Notes: generated from the letters alone by a model not told the origin. A DNA stretch of 64,000 nt from Spironucleus salmonicida (GCF_000497125.1 NC_090602.1:372001-436000), one strand, 5' to 3'. Shown: positions 50,201 through 63,708, numbered from the stretch's first letter. Numbers and translations are program-made.

Positions 50201-52229
50201 ATATAAAAATAAGAAAGCTAAGCTAAAGCAGAAATAATTTGCTCTCTAACAAATAAATATGACTAACTAAGATAAGTAAAGCGTTATTTAGGCAGAATTA
50301 TTGGAATAGAAACAGTAAGAATAATAGAAAAAGATATACGAATAATATCTAGCACCATAGTAAGTCAAGCAAAAAAAGAAATAAAAATAGAAATTTAATA
50401 TTTAACATGAATTATTATTAAATAAGCAAAAGAAAAATTAAAAAATCAATAATGATTTTGATTTCACTTCCATAAATAATAAAGTTAATTAGACTATCCT
50501 AGAAACTTCTCATCAAGATACTTTGATTTAATAGTATCTATAACAAGGTAATTTAAATAATTAAAATAACGAAACAGTAAAAGTCCTTACTCCAATAAGC
50601 ATAGATAAAGAAAAATTAATGCAAGAGTTAACATTACGAACTAATAATAAGATAGATACATCTAAATAATAGTAATTTGATAGGGTGAAATAGGCAGAAA
50701 TAAAACTATCAAAAGCAAAGGAAGGAAAAAGTTTTAAAAAAATATTAAAAAAATTATAGCAAGAGATTAAAGTTCTAAACTAAGTATCAATTTATGAAAA
50801 AGCTTTAGGTAATTAATTATTACTTGATAGCCTATCTGAAATTATTAAATTATTGGATATCTCTTAGAATACAGATGTTAAATTAGTGTTTTAGTAACTA
50901 GAATTATTATTACAAGATATATCTGGAATTAATTTTACCAATTTTCAAGATATAACTATAGCTTATGGTTCACTTACATCAAAATAAAAAGCTGAATACA
51001 TAATTTATCAGATTATCTAAGAAGAAAATCAAAATTTAATAAATTTAATAACCACAAATACATCAAATATTATTAAGAAAAAAATTGAAGAATTTTTTAC
51101 ATAGTTTTAATAAGATGATTTTGCCTAGGCTATTATTAGCTCATAGAATTAATTTAATAGCAATAAAGTTTAAAAAAGTTTCTTATTAAATAATATTTCT
51201 TCGAATTTTAATGTGAATAATAAAGAAAATTTATCATCACCCATATACAGCCGTTTGAATTTGATGGATATTAAGAATAATCTCTCAAGCAAATTTTCGA
51301 TAGCATAAATTGATAGCTATGAGTTAGATAGCTTCAGATCTTAAAACGTATCAAATTTATAAAACTCAAATAATAACTCGTAGTATGATATAATGGTATA
51401 ATTATAGGGAAATTAACATAATAATTCCACTGTTTCGATCGGTTTACACTAAAATAATAACAAATTATCTTCTAAATTTGAGCAACATTAATTGATAGAA
51501 TCATCCTCTGATCATAAATAAATCATTAATAAAACAGTATAACCTTTAGTAAAAACCTCAATTTATGATCCTATATCTTAAATTAGAAATTAAGTTTTAA
51601 AAAATAGACAATAGAGCATTATTTTAACTGATGGTTAAAAAATAGGCTTTATTAATTTGGTTTTTGAAATTAATTAAAAAGGTGGTATATTCTAATATTT
51701 ACATAAAAATGTATTACCAAATAGGCACATAATCAAATCATATTTGTAATATAACTTATCACCATAAATATAGAAATTCTTTATGAAAATTACATGTATG
51801 GGTATAGAAGAGATAAATACTTTGAAATTACTAATGATAGAAGAAAATAAATAGAAATAATTATTATCGTAGAATTCAAAGTTTAAAATTTATATTAAAA
51901 CATTTAGTAACTCAGAAATTGAAAATTAAACTCCAAATTAAAAAATAAATATTCAATAACAAAAACCTGTCTATAAACGTAATATATATACTGCATAATC
52001 AAAAAGGGTTGAAATAGTGGAAAAACCTAATTTTAATGAAATAACCATTTGTAAAGAAGGTGATTTTCGACCTAAAACGTCTTTTGAATTACCTAGGTCG
52101 CGAAAAATCATCAGAGCTGGCAGTCCTTGTGTTATGTTTAGGAAACTGTAGTAAGGCAATGAGCTTTAAGATAGTTTTGTTCTTAGAAGTAAATAGATTC
52201 CAATTATATTGAAAAGAGCTACAAAATGA
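47268..52229 (+). CDS. Very large Q/K/N/I-rich hypothetical protein (1653 aa)
   Basis: ATG at 47268 (alternative 47289) is in frame with TGA at 52227-52229; coiled-coil segments and a few spaced Trp motifs. Interior not read codon by codon. Confidence 0.75.
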
Positions 52230-52325
52230 TTATATTTTTCTTAAGTTTTATTTCCTAAGTAAAATTAATTTTACTAGATCAAAAATATTAGCAGAGTCTT
52301 TATATCTATTTTATAACTAAGAAAT

Positions 52326-52586
52326 ATGTACTTGTTATCACTTTATATAATTTTAGTCATAGGTTCATAAATAACAATAAGCATTTACTTGTTTGGAACG
52401 TTTTCTATATCAATTGCATAATAAAAACATCCACTTTTATTATTAAACTATGCATATCTAGATAATAATGATGTTGTTAATGTTAATATTACTATATTCG
52501 TTGTGATTATTTCTCTTATATTTATCATCCAATGTAGTGTGTTTTATCTTACTACTAAAATTTTCTCAAATTATCAATTTTATTGA
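52326..52586 (+). CDS. Doubtful small two-TM ORF (86 aa)
   Basis: Open in code 6 with two hydrophobic stretches; no motif, very AT-rich. Confidence 0.25.
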
Positions 52587-52885
52587 TGATAATGATTGTA
52601 GTATAATGGTGTACCACTCTAATATCAGTTTCAAATCAACCTATCGTGTTAGAATAATCAACAGAAATACTTTACTAAAAGATAACGAATCATAAAATTG
52701 TAATCACTATTTAAACACTATCTGATAATGCTGAAAAAGGCTAGCAGTAAAAATAGTATTGATTACTTCATTTGATATAAGTTAAACTCTTGGTTTCTAT
52801 ATCTGTTTTACATATTAGCAAGAAAAGCATTACAATCAGTTAAATTATCTATATAATATAATATTTATTTACTGAATTTTCAAAA

Positions 52886-55800
52886 ATGGAAAATTCTTTA
52901 ACATTTATCAATTAATTTGGGTCTTAATAATAAATTTATCCAGATACTGAACTAATAATCTAATACATTAGTGATATTAAAGAAATATGTATAGAGTCTG
53001 CATAAGAACTTAATAACGCACATATTATTAACTCATCTCCTGAACTTTAATCTATCAAAATTATTAATTGTAGTATCAGTTCTTTTAACTCTCTAACACT
53101 GTTAAAATCTATAAATATTTAAAATAATAACTGTAAGCTCCTCATTATTTTCCCAGTAAAGTAAGACAAACTTGAAGAAGTTTAACTAATATCAGGATGT
53201 ATTTAAATACTAGATTTCAATTAGATGCCAAATATTAGAGCACTAAATCTAAGTTTTAATCCAAATTTTAGTTCTCAGCTTCCTAGTAATCTAACATCGT
53301 TGATTATTACAGACTGTGATCTCAAGTTTATTCATCTCAAAAAAATGACTAACTTATAAAATTTAGATATTTCTAATAATCAAAACATAAAAATTTATAA
53401 AGACTATATACCTAAATCTCTCAATAATTTAAAGGCAGTAAATTGTGGTCTGTAGCATTTAAATTTACTAAGTTGTGAACATCTTGAATTTATAGATATT
53501 TCTTCTAATTTACTATAGTTTTTAATAACTGATACTAGTAGCTGCTATATAATACTTACCAATAACCCACTAGAGTTTATTCCTTATGCTCCTAATTGTT
53601 GTCTTGACTTTGAAGCTAATGAACTACAGGAAGAAATAAAATAAAATAAGATTTAAAAATATATTGAGAGTAACACAAAATTCAGAGACTTTAAGGATTA
53701 TTTAGCTGATCTATCTTAAGGTATCAGTAAAGATGATAATGAAAAGTAATTACATGCAAGTGTTGATTAAGTTTGCGTAGAGGATGGAAAATTATAATTA
53801 AATGATATATTAAATGAAAATATTGACACATAACAGAATTAAATACTAATTTAAGATCCTATTGACTTAAAAGAAACAGTATTGTATTAAAATGATCATA
53901 TATTCATTAATATTGATCAAATATTTTTAGACAAGTAAAAAATTTAATTTTTCGACTGTGAATAATTAAAAAATCAGAATATTGTTATTAATACATCAAG
54001 CATATTATAATACGAGTTTTTAGATTGTGGAATTAAAAAACTACTAAATAATCATCATCATGTAGAATCAGTTAATATATAAAACTAAGACACATAGTTC
54101 ATTTTTGATTAATAATTTGCAGTAAATTTTTAATAGCTAGATTGTTTGGAATTATTTTAATGCGATTTAGATTTAGTAAACTTAAAATAATTTTCATAAT
54201 TAAAATTACTAAATTTAGGTGCAAATCATAGATTATAAATTCAAGATAATTATCTTCCAAGATCTCTTACATCATTAAATTTAGACGATTGTAATTTAAG
54301 AACGCTGAATCTTATTAGCATGAAGCTAGAAAATTTATCTATCTCTAGAAATAGTGAATTAGAAATTTAAAGCGATTTTTTACCCAAAACTTTGATAACA
54401 CTTAATGCAACTTAGTGTAATTTAAAGCATATTAATTTGTCTGGTATGGATAAACTTTTGTAGTGCGATATATCATTTAATGATATTTAATTTATAATAA
54501 TTGATAAAGGAAAAGCTAAAATAAATTTATAAAATTGTAATAAACTCAAATTCTAACCATTTGCTCCATTTTCTGAGTGTATTTATTCTGGGGAAAGTTT
54601 TTTAGAATTACCTGAAAATTTCATTAAAACATATATCAAAACTAACGGTAGAAAATACTAAATTGACTCTTAAATCCCATCTAAAGAAATTTCATCCTTA
54701 GATCTAGCTATATATCACAGAACATAAGCATAATCGTTAATGCTAGCGCTAAATTTTGAATAAGCACTTTAATCATTCAATAAAAGTATAGAAATATAAA
54801 CTTCTCTACTATCTATATCAGGGCGGGCAGAATGTAATTATAGCCTTCACTTTATTGATTAGTCTCTTGAAGATAGTATATATGTTTATAAAAATGACAA
54901 AAAAGATATCTAGAATTTGCATAGAATTGTATCTATTTACTAATAGCAAAACTAGATAGAGAATGCAATAACATATTAAGAACTAGTATATGAGATAGAA
55001 CCTACTTCTAATAATAGAGAAAATTTATTTAAACTACAAAAAATAAAATAATTCAAAACTGACTTTTTAGGTTAATTATCAGATGAAAAAAATAATCGTT
55101 TTACTCTTAAGAAATAGTATACTGATAATCTTATATAGCTTAATTTTACAACATGTACTACAAAAGAATAATCTGAAAACTTTGATAAATAATCATGCAA
55201 CAAATACAACCAAATTCTCATTGATAAAGGAATCTACGAGGTTCCAGACTTACTTGTTTAATAAGTTAAGTTTGCATAGGAAAATAATCTTTTTAATGAT
55301 GAAATAAAGTAATAGTTAACAAAATTTCATCATCTTTCCCAATCTGAAAATGAGACAGCTGAAATATTTTAGAAAGCCATGAAAATGCGGCAAAAGAGTT
55401 TAATATCAATAAAAGAAAATAAATTAGATGAATCTGTTCTTTATTAATATGAATCATTGAATCTTTTTATTTTACTGAAATAAGAATGCTAAATTGGCAT
55501 ATCTTATTGCAATTTAGCAGAACTATATAAACGTAAACATGAATATAATAACTTTATCAAGTATATTATATGTGGATTTATATACGATTAAAATAATTAA
55601 AAAATATGTTCTAAAGCTGGTAATTTCTTCTTTGATATGAAGAATTATCAAATGGCTGAATTTTGGTATCTCAAAATAATTAAAATATCAAAAGATGATG
55701 AAGTTATGAAATCATTGTAGAAAGTTCAGAAACTGATTACCAAAACAGTAGACTGGTTTGGTATAATAGGGATTCCAAAAAATACAAGATTTACAGCAGA

Positions 55801-55951
55801 AGAATTAAAGAAGACATCCAAGAAAGAACTTTCTAAATGGCATCCAGATAGGAGCAAGGATATAATTGAGAAAGAGTACTTTAGCTGGAGATTTTAGCTT
55901 ATACAACAAGCTGAAGAAAAATTAAGTAAAACGGTTGTAAATATAAAGTGA
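52886..55951 (+). CDS. LRR + TPR + C-terminal DnaJ-domain protein (1021 aa)
   Basis: LRRs (LNLSFN, LDISNN, LPRSLTSLNL), TPR-like helices (FEQALQSFNKSI, SYCNLA, AEFWYLK), J domain DWFGIIGI...KWHPDR...RFQLIQQAEEKLS. Confidence 0.9.
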
Positions 55952-55994
55952 TATTATCAAAATATTATATAAAATTATAATTAATGGTGAACAA

Positions 55995-57386
55995 ATGACT
56001 ACACGTGAAATTGGAAAATATATTAACACCCTTAAACGAATCACAAATTTTACTTTATAAGAGTTAACTAGTATTTAAAATTATCTTATAAATAAGGAGT
56101 ATACAAAGTTTATGATTGAAATTTTAACTAAAATTACTTCAACAAAAAATGATCTATTATTATTTGACTCTTTTTACTTTTTGTTAGGAGAAAATGTACC
56201 ATTTATCAACATTTTTATGTTAGAGACTAAACTTAAGGCAATAGATATTCCTATTTTAGACAAAATCAGAATCTTCTAGGACTTCCAATAACAACTAGAC
56301 AAAAATGAATACTATACGCTTTCTTATATTTATCTTTCATCCGTACTATAATTACAACTAGATAAAATTAATATTCAAAAAGTTTCAAACGTTCGCACTC
56401 TTGCATAAGTGCCAAAGTCTGTTTTGGATCTCTACGTATTTTAAAAATAAATCTACTAGTAAGCCATCATAAAATCAGAAGAAATTGATATGGACTTTTT
56501 ACGCGATTTAAGGCTAAAACAAGCTTCAGAATCAGTATATGTGGATGTATAGATACTTTAAAATGCTCTTTTCCTACTAGATTTCACCTGGGACGTCTAT
56601 TTTCTGAAACCTATTAACGAGAAGGTTCTCCTTATGAATTTTTCACCATAGCCCCTAAAACCAGCATTTCAAGTATTTATACACGAAAAGCAGCTTATTA
56701 TCGCCATCCGCGGTACAACAAACCTCGCAGATCACTTCACAAACGCATAGAGCGATTCGATCAAAATTCAAATTTCTGGTGATGACGTCTACTTCCACTC
56801 GGGTTTCTACAAGGCAGCGCACTTTATCATGTCGAATGTGCTGGTCCTAGCGCACTATCTGGTGAAACGTGGGTTTGCGGAGCAGCTCACTTTCGCAGGA
56901 CATTCGCAGGGTGCTGCGGTAGGATGCATCTGCACGGCGCTAGCGCAGAAGGCTGGATTCGATGCTTAGTGCGTTGGATTCGCTACGCCTCCGTGCTGCA
57001 GCGCCACCATAGCTAATTGCTGCAATTTCGTGTTGGAAAATGACCCCATTCCGCGAATGTCAAACTTCTACCAAAAGACTGAAATTGTGAACAAAATCAC
57101 CAAAAATGAATTTTCTCCAGAGGAAATTGGGGTGTTTATTCAACAGTCTAGTTTGCGAGCGGTGGATGACTTCTTTGTTCCTGGAGACGTTATTTACATC
57201 AAGAACGGTTAGTTTCACCGCTCTAGCAGGTTCGGCATTAATATCGGCGATATTCAGTGGACCAACTTCCAATTCCATAAGTTAGAGGGTTATCGGGACG
57301 CGCTGAGGGACATCTTAGGCGAGGCTAGCCAGAGCGTTGAGGTTGTGTAGTGGCAAGTCCCGGGGCCAAAAGATGACGATAAATGA
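55995..57386 (+). CDS. Class 3 lipase
   Basis: IIAIRGT...D..T, FHSGFYKAA, FAGHSQGAAVG, GFATP, NDPIPR, HKLEGY; 463 aa. Confidence 0.93.
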
Positions 57387-57539
57387 GACTAATGGGGAAA
57401 ATTAGTGATATATTTGTTCAATTCAATTATTTAATAGTTGTTAAATTAAAAAAGTCCAAAGGTTTTAGTAGTATACAAAATTAATTATACGATAATTGTA
57501 TATTATAAATGGTAATTAAACAATTTCTTTTCTTTGAAA

Positions 57540-58559
57540 ATGAAAAGTTCTGATTACGACTTTGAGTTACCTAGAATTTATGAATTTCTTCAAAATTCTA
57601 AGGTGGTAGCATTATAATTCCCGGAAGGATTATTATCGTTTGCTGAAGAAATTGCGTTGAAAATAGAGGATCAACTTGATATTCTAACAATCGTTATTGC
57701 TGATGTTGCTTATGGGGCCTGTAATGCCGATTTTTCACTCATTAAGGAGATGTAATGTGATTCCTTTATTCATTTTGGGCATTCTGAATTAGTTAAAGGT
57801 TATTTGCCTTCACTATATATTCCATGCAAAAGAACTGATTCTGATGTAGTATAGCTCTGTTAAAAAGTAAACAATTACTGTGAAGAAAATAATTATAAGA
57901 ACATTGCATTAACCACTACTTCTTAAACGTTTCATTTTTTGCCTGAAATGTTGAAATTACTAAAGTAAAATATTACTTTCAGCGATTTCCCCGCTTTGAA
58001 TAAGTCAGAAACCCTTGGATGCACCTGTAAAACCTTTGGAAGCGTTGATGCTATTTTTTCAATTGTTGATGGAATTTTTCATGCCGAAGGCGCAGTTGCA
58101 ATGAATAAAAATATACCAGTTTTTAGAGTTGATCCTAGGAGTTTAGAAATAGATAGAGAAGGGTAAGATGTTGAAGCAAGATTAGAAAAAAGAGAACAAT
58201 TGGTAGACAAAATCAGAGGATTACAGGATTCTATTTGCTTCGTCTTAGGTACAATGGGTGGATAAGGAAGTATAACATTATTGTAGAAATATGTTAAATT
58301 AGCCGAGTAAAAATTCAGGAAGGTTTATAAAATGATGGTTCCTGAAGTTTATCCCTAAGCATTAAATATTCCTAAATGTTAAATTTATGTTTAAATGGCA
58401 TGTCCAAGACTCACCATTGATTGGGGTGAATACTACGGAAATGTCATTAATACAGTAGAATTTGAAAAACTTTTGTGTCCTGATATTGAAGATTATCCGT
58501 TTTTAAATTTTTGCGGTACTAAAGAAGTTGGAAGTCACTTAAATACCTGGAATTAATGA
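57540..58559 (+). CDS. DPH1: 2-(3-amino-3-carboxypropyl)histidine synthase subunit 1
   Basis: VALQFPEGL, DVAYGAC, IHFGHS, ETLGCT, DGIFHAE, LGTMGGQG, VQMACPRLTIDWG; all three Fe-S cysteines; 339 aa. Confidence 0.93.
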
Positions 58560-58631
58560 TTTTCATTATATGCTATTATATAATTCTGTATAATATATTT
58601 GTAATATAAACTGAACTTACTAACCTTAGTA

Positions 58632-59123
58632 ATGGAAAAAAGATTATTTGGACCCGGCTTTAAATCTATTTCCTACAATCGTCGGCAAGATATACCACTT
58701 TAGATTCTATCGACAATCTCCATTTTTCTAACTCCCAAACTACATAGGGCTAAAGAATCTAAGCTGAACTATAATTTAGTTACAGACTATGGTATTTTTA
58801 TAATATCACCAACTGGAAGTATTCACGATTTTTATACTGATAATAAATAGTTATATAATGAATTAGAAACAGCAAAATTATAATATAACACCCTCTAGTC
58901 TCATATTTCATTATATGCTAAATCATCTATAGATTAACTTAACTAAATATTTGAAGCATTGATGTAAGAAAATATTAAGCAATTTCCTTTTCTCAAAAAA
59001 TTTGGTTCATTTTTATCAAATTTAAGTAATGTTCTTAGTATTACCCTAATATCTTCCATAATAAGTATTGGCATTATTTTTATATGCTGTTCTATTTCGA
59101 TTACACTGTATCTCATAATGTGA
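58632..59123 (+). CDS. Tail-anchored membrane protein, 163 aa
   Basis: Code-6 ORF with long C-terminal hydrophobic segment ITLISSIISIGIIFICCSISITLYLIM. Confidence 0.7.
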
Positions 59124-59491
59124 TATTTTATTTTTATTTAATTTTACATTAAACACCAAATACCACTAATCGCTTTCTTGTATATTTACACTCTTGATAT
59201 TATGTACAGAAACTTATTACAAATTTATTTATGTTTATAAATAAAACTATAATAACTATCTAACTGTTTAAAATTAATTAATATAAGTTTTTTTATTTAT
59301 CTCCTAAATAGTAAAAAAAACTAAGCTTAGAATATAAGCTTTACTCTTATTATATTATGCTATAAATATTAATATCTTGAAAGATTCTTTAAATATCTTT
59401 ATATAATATATTGTTAGTAATTAGAAGTGTTGGTAAAACACTAACGAATAATAGTGCAAGTATATCTTGAATACATTTAAAGCTGTAATTA

Positions 59492-62032
59492 TCACTCTTT
59501 AATGTCTAATCCACTTAATTAACTCACCGCACATCGAAAACCATAACTGAACTAAATTTACTCGTACTAATCTTTATAACTTTTCTATTTATGAATCTAA
59601 GACTAAGGTAATGTAGTATTCTAATAACCCCACCCAGAGTCAATTCCTACACTGCCAACTAAACTACAAAAAGGCCAGTTTTTACCTTCTTACATAATTT
59701 TCTTGCTTTCAACCCTAGGTTTTAAATTCAAAGGCGCTAGATTCTTTAAAAACTCAATAAGCTCGCTGCAAATGAATCTAACTAATTCTGGGTCAACCCT
59801 ACAATGCAATAATTCTTCAATAGGAGGATCTATGTGTCCTCTAAAAGCATTAACCAAAAGTTATATTTTGTCGCTTATCTATTTAACTTCACCTCGAAAT
59901 GCAAAATTCGCATATTTTGCCAATTCAATCACATTAACGTCAATAAATTAAGCAAGCGCCTCATCTATATCTCTGTATGTAGATTTCTGAATTAACTTCA
60001 TAGAAGCCTCATAAAACTCATTCAATGATATATTTTCACCCCATGACAATCTATTAAATACAGGATTTTACTAAATCAATCGCAAGCATAATTTCTTAAT
60101 TTCATATGAACTAAATTCCTCCAGACCTATAGCAGCACCCTATAATGTACCAGATAACGAACTAAAAGTCGTAATTAATATTTTTTCTAAAGTAACATCG
60201 TATATATTCCGAAGTAATGGGGAATATATCTGAAAAGGCAGAAAATTAGGATAAAGATGTGGTCCTGTAAAAATTACTAATTAAGCATCAAGTAATGTCT
60301 TTGTCTAATTCTCGAGAATTAACTTAACCTATCGAGCCTGTGAATTACCAGGCTCGATTTCACACTAATAGTTATAGTAAGAATATGCTCTTTAAATAGC
60401 AAAATAGTTGAAACTATTCATAAAGATGGAATCATTCTCAAATTCTTTCACAAACTTCAGAATTGAAGATTCAGATTGTAAAATACCACTTTGTTATAAA
60501 TTTTAGAATATAACAGGGAGGAACTCATTACCAATAGTTATCGTTGAATCATAGTTTTGACAAATCCCTAGACCTCCAGGTTCTATTCCAAATTGTTAAG
60601 CCGGAATGACAGGAAAGTGAAATTTTAAATTTTCGTTTAAAAACGAAATTAATTCACTTTAATTTAAGATTTTTGTTTTATAAAATGTATTTTTGCTCAT
60701 CAAGATGTCAAAAAATGAAATTAAAAACGCATTTTTACCTAGAACTTACTGATTTTGGTTATAGTTTTTAGTATAATTTAACCATTTTTTACTATCACAA
60801 ATGAGTTGAATTTGCTCAATTACATCATTAAAATGTGTCAAAAACAACCCTAATTCACTTGTTTCCTTGACAACACTATAACTATGAAATAAAGTAATCT
60901 CCTCGTTAGCACCTAGATCTCGTGATCCGTGTATTTGAAAACGAACTTAACCTCCAATGCCTACTGATTTCACGTAGCAACTTGATTAATTTATGTTTGA
61001 ATTGAAGCGTAAAAAACGTGAAATTGTGCCATAAAAACGTTAGTCAACTATCGCTTAAAATGGTGGGAAATAAATGAGGTATTTTGTTTCTTCAACAATA
61101 TCAAAAACTGATACAAAACCATTTTATTTTAGTTTTATAAGTAGTCGTTGATAAATTGATTAGAAAATAACCTCTTTTGGAACATAACACCCTGTCAAAT
61201 CGATAATTCCGTGATGTTATGCAACTGGTTTTTTAGTACGTAAATACCATTATTATGTCTTTTAGAGTAAACAATCATTAAAATCTTCTAGAATTTCATC
61301 ATGGACATTACGACGCGCTAAAATAAGATCAGGTGCATCAAAACTGTCATTTGAAAATCCAATATCAATTTAACTCTAAGACCATTTGAAAGTATTCACT
61401 GTGTTAATTTAGTGTTTAACCAGTTTGGCCATAGGTGCGGCAAAAATTAAGTTCAAACTAGGATGAATTTACGGCAAAATTACTTTTGTATACTCTAATT
61501 ATTATACATCAAAGTTGATATATTCGATATTTGGCTCTAAAATTTATGTGTAGCAGTGTTTATATTCATTAATTTATACTTAATATGCAGTATGCGAGTC
61601 TTCTCTAAATTTATTCAGCTTTGAGGAAAATGCGACCCCTAGAGGGTGACTGCCATGATAAGGTGATTTTATCTATATTCTAACCTTTTATTACTATGAT
61701 AATGTAGTTTATTTGTTTGAAACTGGTTTTATCATTTTTATCCATTTTTATACTTACACACACTTTTCATGGGATTGTGTGTCCGAAACGTATTTTTATA
61801 CTTCAAAAATAATAGAATCTTAGCTTATTTTACATATTCTTGATAGGAGTTAGATAACTTCAGTGAGAACCAATTGGTTCAAAGTGAAATTAGGGTCTGC
61901 TAGAAAAATCTACTAAAGTGCAACTTAGGGATCTACCTACTAGTTATATCTAATGATATCAACAAGTGGCTGAAGTAGTTTAAATGTATCAACCGAAACG
62001 TCTACGTCCCAAATTTTTTTATATTTTGACAT
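59492..62032 (-). CDS. Protein with a degenerate SET-like domain, 846 aa
   Basis: IVDQRFYGTISRFLR...CYVKSVGIGGQVRFQIHGSRDLGANEEITLFHSY; GAG-TGA end. Confidence 0.7.
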
Positions 62033-62067
62033 ATAAAAGAAATGGTCAAATGAAATTATATTATCTA

Positions 62068-63708
62068 TCATATAATATGGATTAATACTTCTTCTTTAGT
62101 TTTTGGTGGAAAATTTAATTTATAGTCGATAAGAAGCTGTGGTAAATCTTCGTTATTTAAATTGTAAAAGTCATTAATGAATGTTTTATATAATATAAGA
62201 TATTTTGTTTTAAGGTAAACATTTATTGAAGACTCAAATTTTAGTTTTATAAGTTGCTGATTTATATAATATTTACAAAAACTTACTTAAGTAGACTACG
62301 ATAGTTTTTTGTCAGGAATGTAGTTAAAAATTCCTTGAAATAGTAACACAGTTGACTGTAATATTTAAAATTATTCCCTTAATTACGTCTATTTTCTAAA
62401 ATCAAAGATATCGAAATCTTCTTGTTACATATGAAGAATTTATTACTCATTGTTTTATTAGTATAAATAAGGTATTATTAAAATATTATTTCTAATTCCG
62501 TTAAACTTCATAAGATAAAGGTACTAGCTTTGAAAGTTGAAACAGTTTGTTTATTAAAAAATGAATTATTATTTATACAAAATTAATTGGAACAATATCG
62601 GAGGTGCGATATCAATTGATAAATTTAAGTATTGAAATGCATTTTATAGCTATAGTTGATCTGAATTTTAGGCTTTTTTGCTTGTAAATTGTTTTTAGTA
62701 AATATTTTAGAATAAAATATTAAAAATCTAATGAAATTTGTTTACTTATTACTCTGAAACAAAGTTTCCAATTTCATATAATAATTCTTATAATTTAAAA
62801 TCTACATAAACAAGTATTCCATGTGGATTTACGAAAAAAGTACGTTGATTAATATAACATGGTACTTGTTTTAATACAATTGTTTCCCCAAAAAATAAAT
62901 GAAAAACTGACTTTTCTAATACTATTTTGTCTATTGAATAATATTTATTTAAGATGTTCATTGGTATATTATAAATAATAATATCAAATGAATAACTTAA
63001 TTATTGATGTACATCTTAAATATCTTGTAGTAATTTGAAAGAACCTTTTTCTTATAACAATTTTTAGGAAATAATTATTGAATCACGCTTATTTGCTAAT
63101 TCAGTATTTAATATATATCGGTTATCATCTATTTATAAGAGGTATGTTCTATCAGGATATAATTATAAGCAGTTAAAGGATGATACCTAAAACAAACAAC
63201 TACTTGATAAAATAATCTTACTATTATTAATTTCATAAATATTAATTTATTTAATTTTATATTGTATCATTTATGTTTATAGTTGATACTATAATGTAGG
63301 AGATATGATAGAAGCTTTAGACTCAACTTTATTAAATTGTTATCTTAATAAATTTATCTCAGTATTAATCAAATGACCATAAGCAAAATCGTAAAACTGC
63401 TATAAAGAATAAAATTTAATTTATTTAGCTTTTATTAATTGATTCTAATACTAAATATCGGTAAAGAGCAACTTTAACTGTTTCATAAATGACAATAAAT
63501 CCAGTTTCGATTAAAATTATAAAATAAAGTCCTAATTTTTATATTACCCTATGAATAATAATTTACTAAGTAAATAATTTAAGTTAAAATATAATTATAA
63601 CCCTACAACTTCTTTTTATATTTGATTTATTTTTATTAATAAGGATTTTGTATTAAAAATAACATAACACTAAATATTTTTAAGATTATTGATAAACATA
63701 CATTTCAT
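62068..63708 (-). CDS. AT-rich hypothetical protein, about 546 aa (start uncertain)
   Basis: Frame open at both ends read in code 6, ending FPPKTKEEVLIHII*; middle not fully read. Confidence 0.6.

Noticed and set aside
52584-52724. TGATGA...CTGA pair suggesting a box C/D snoRNA
   Set aside because: No terminal stem or recognisable rRNA guide; such short motifs occur by chance.
63600-63701. GTATGTTT on the minus strand resembling a diplomonad 5' splice site (also gtatgtt at 1151 on plus)
   Set aside because: No fused branch-point/3' site (CTAAC...AG) downstream, and the frame is open without splicing.
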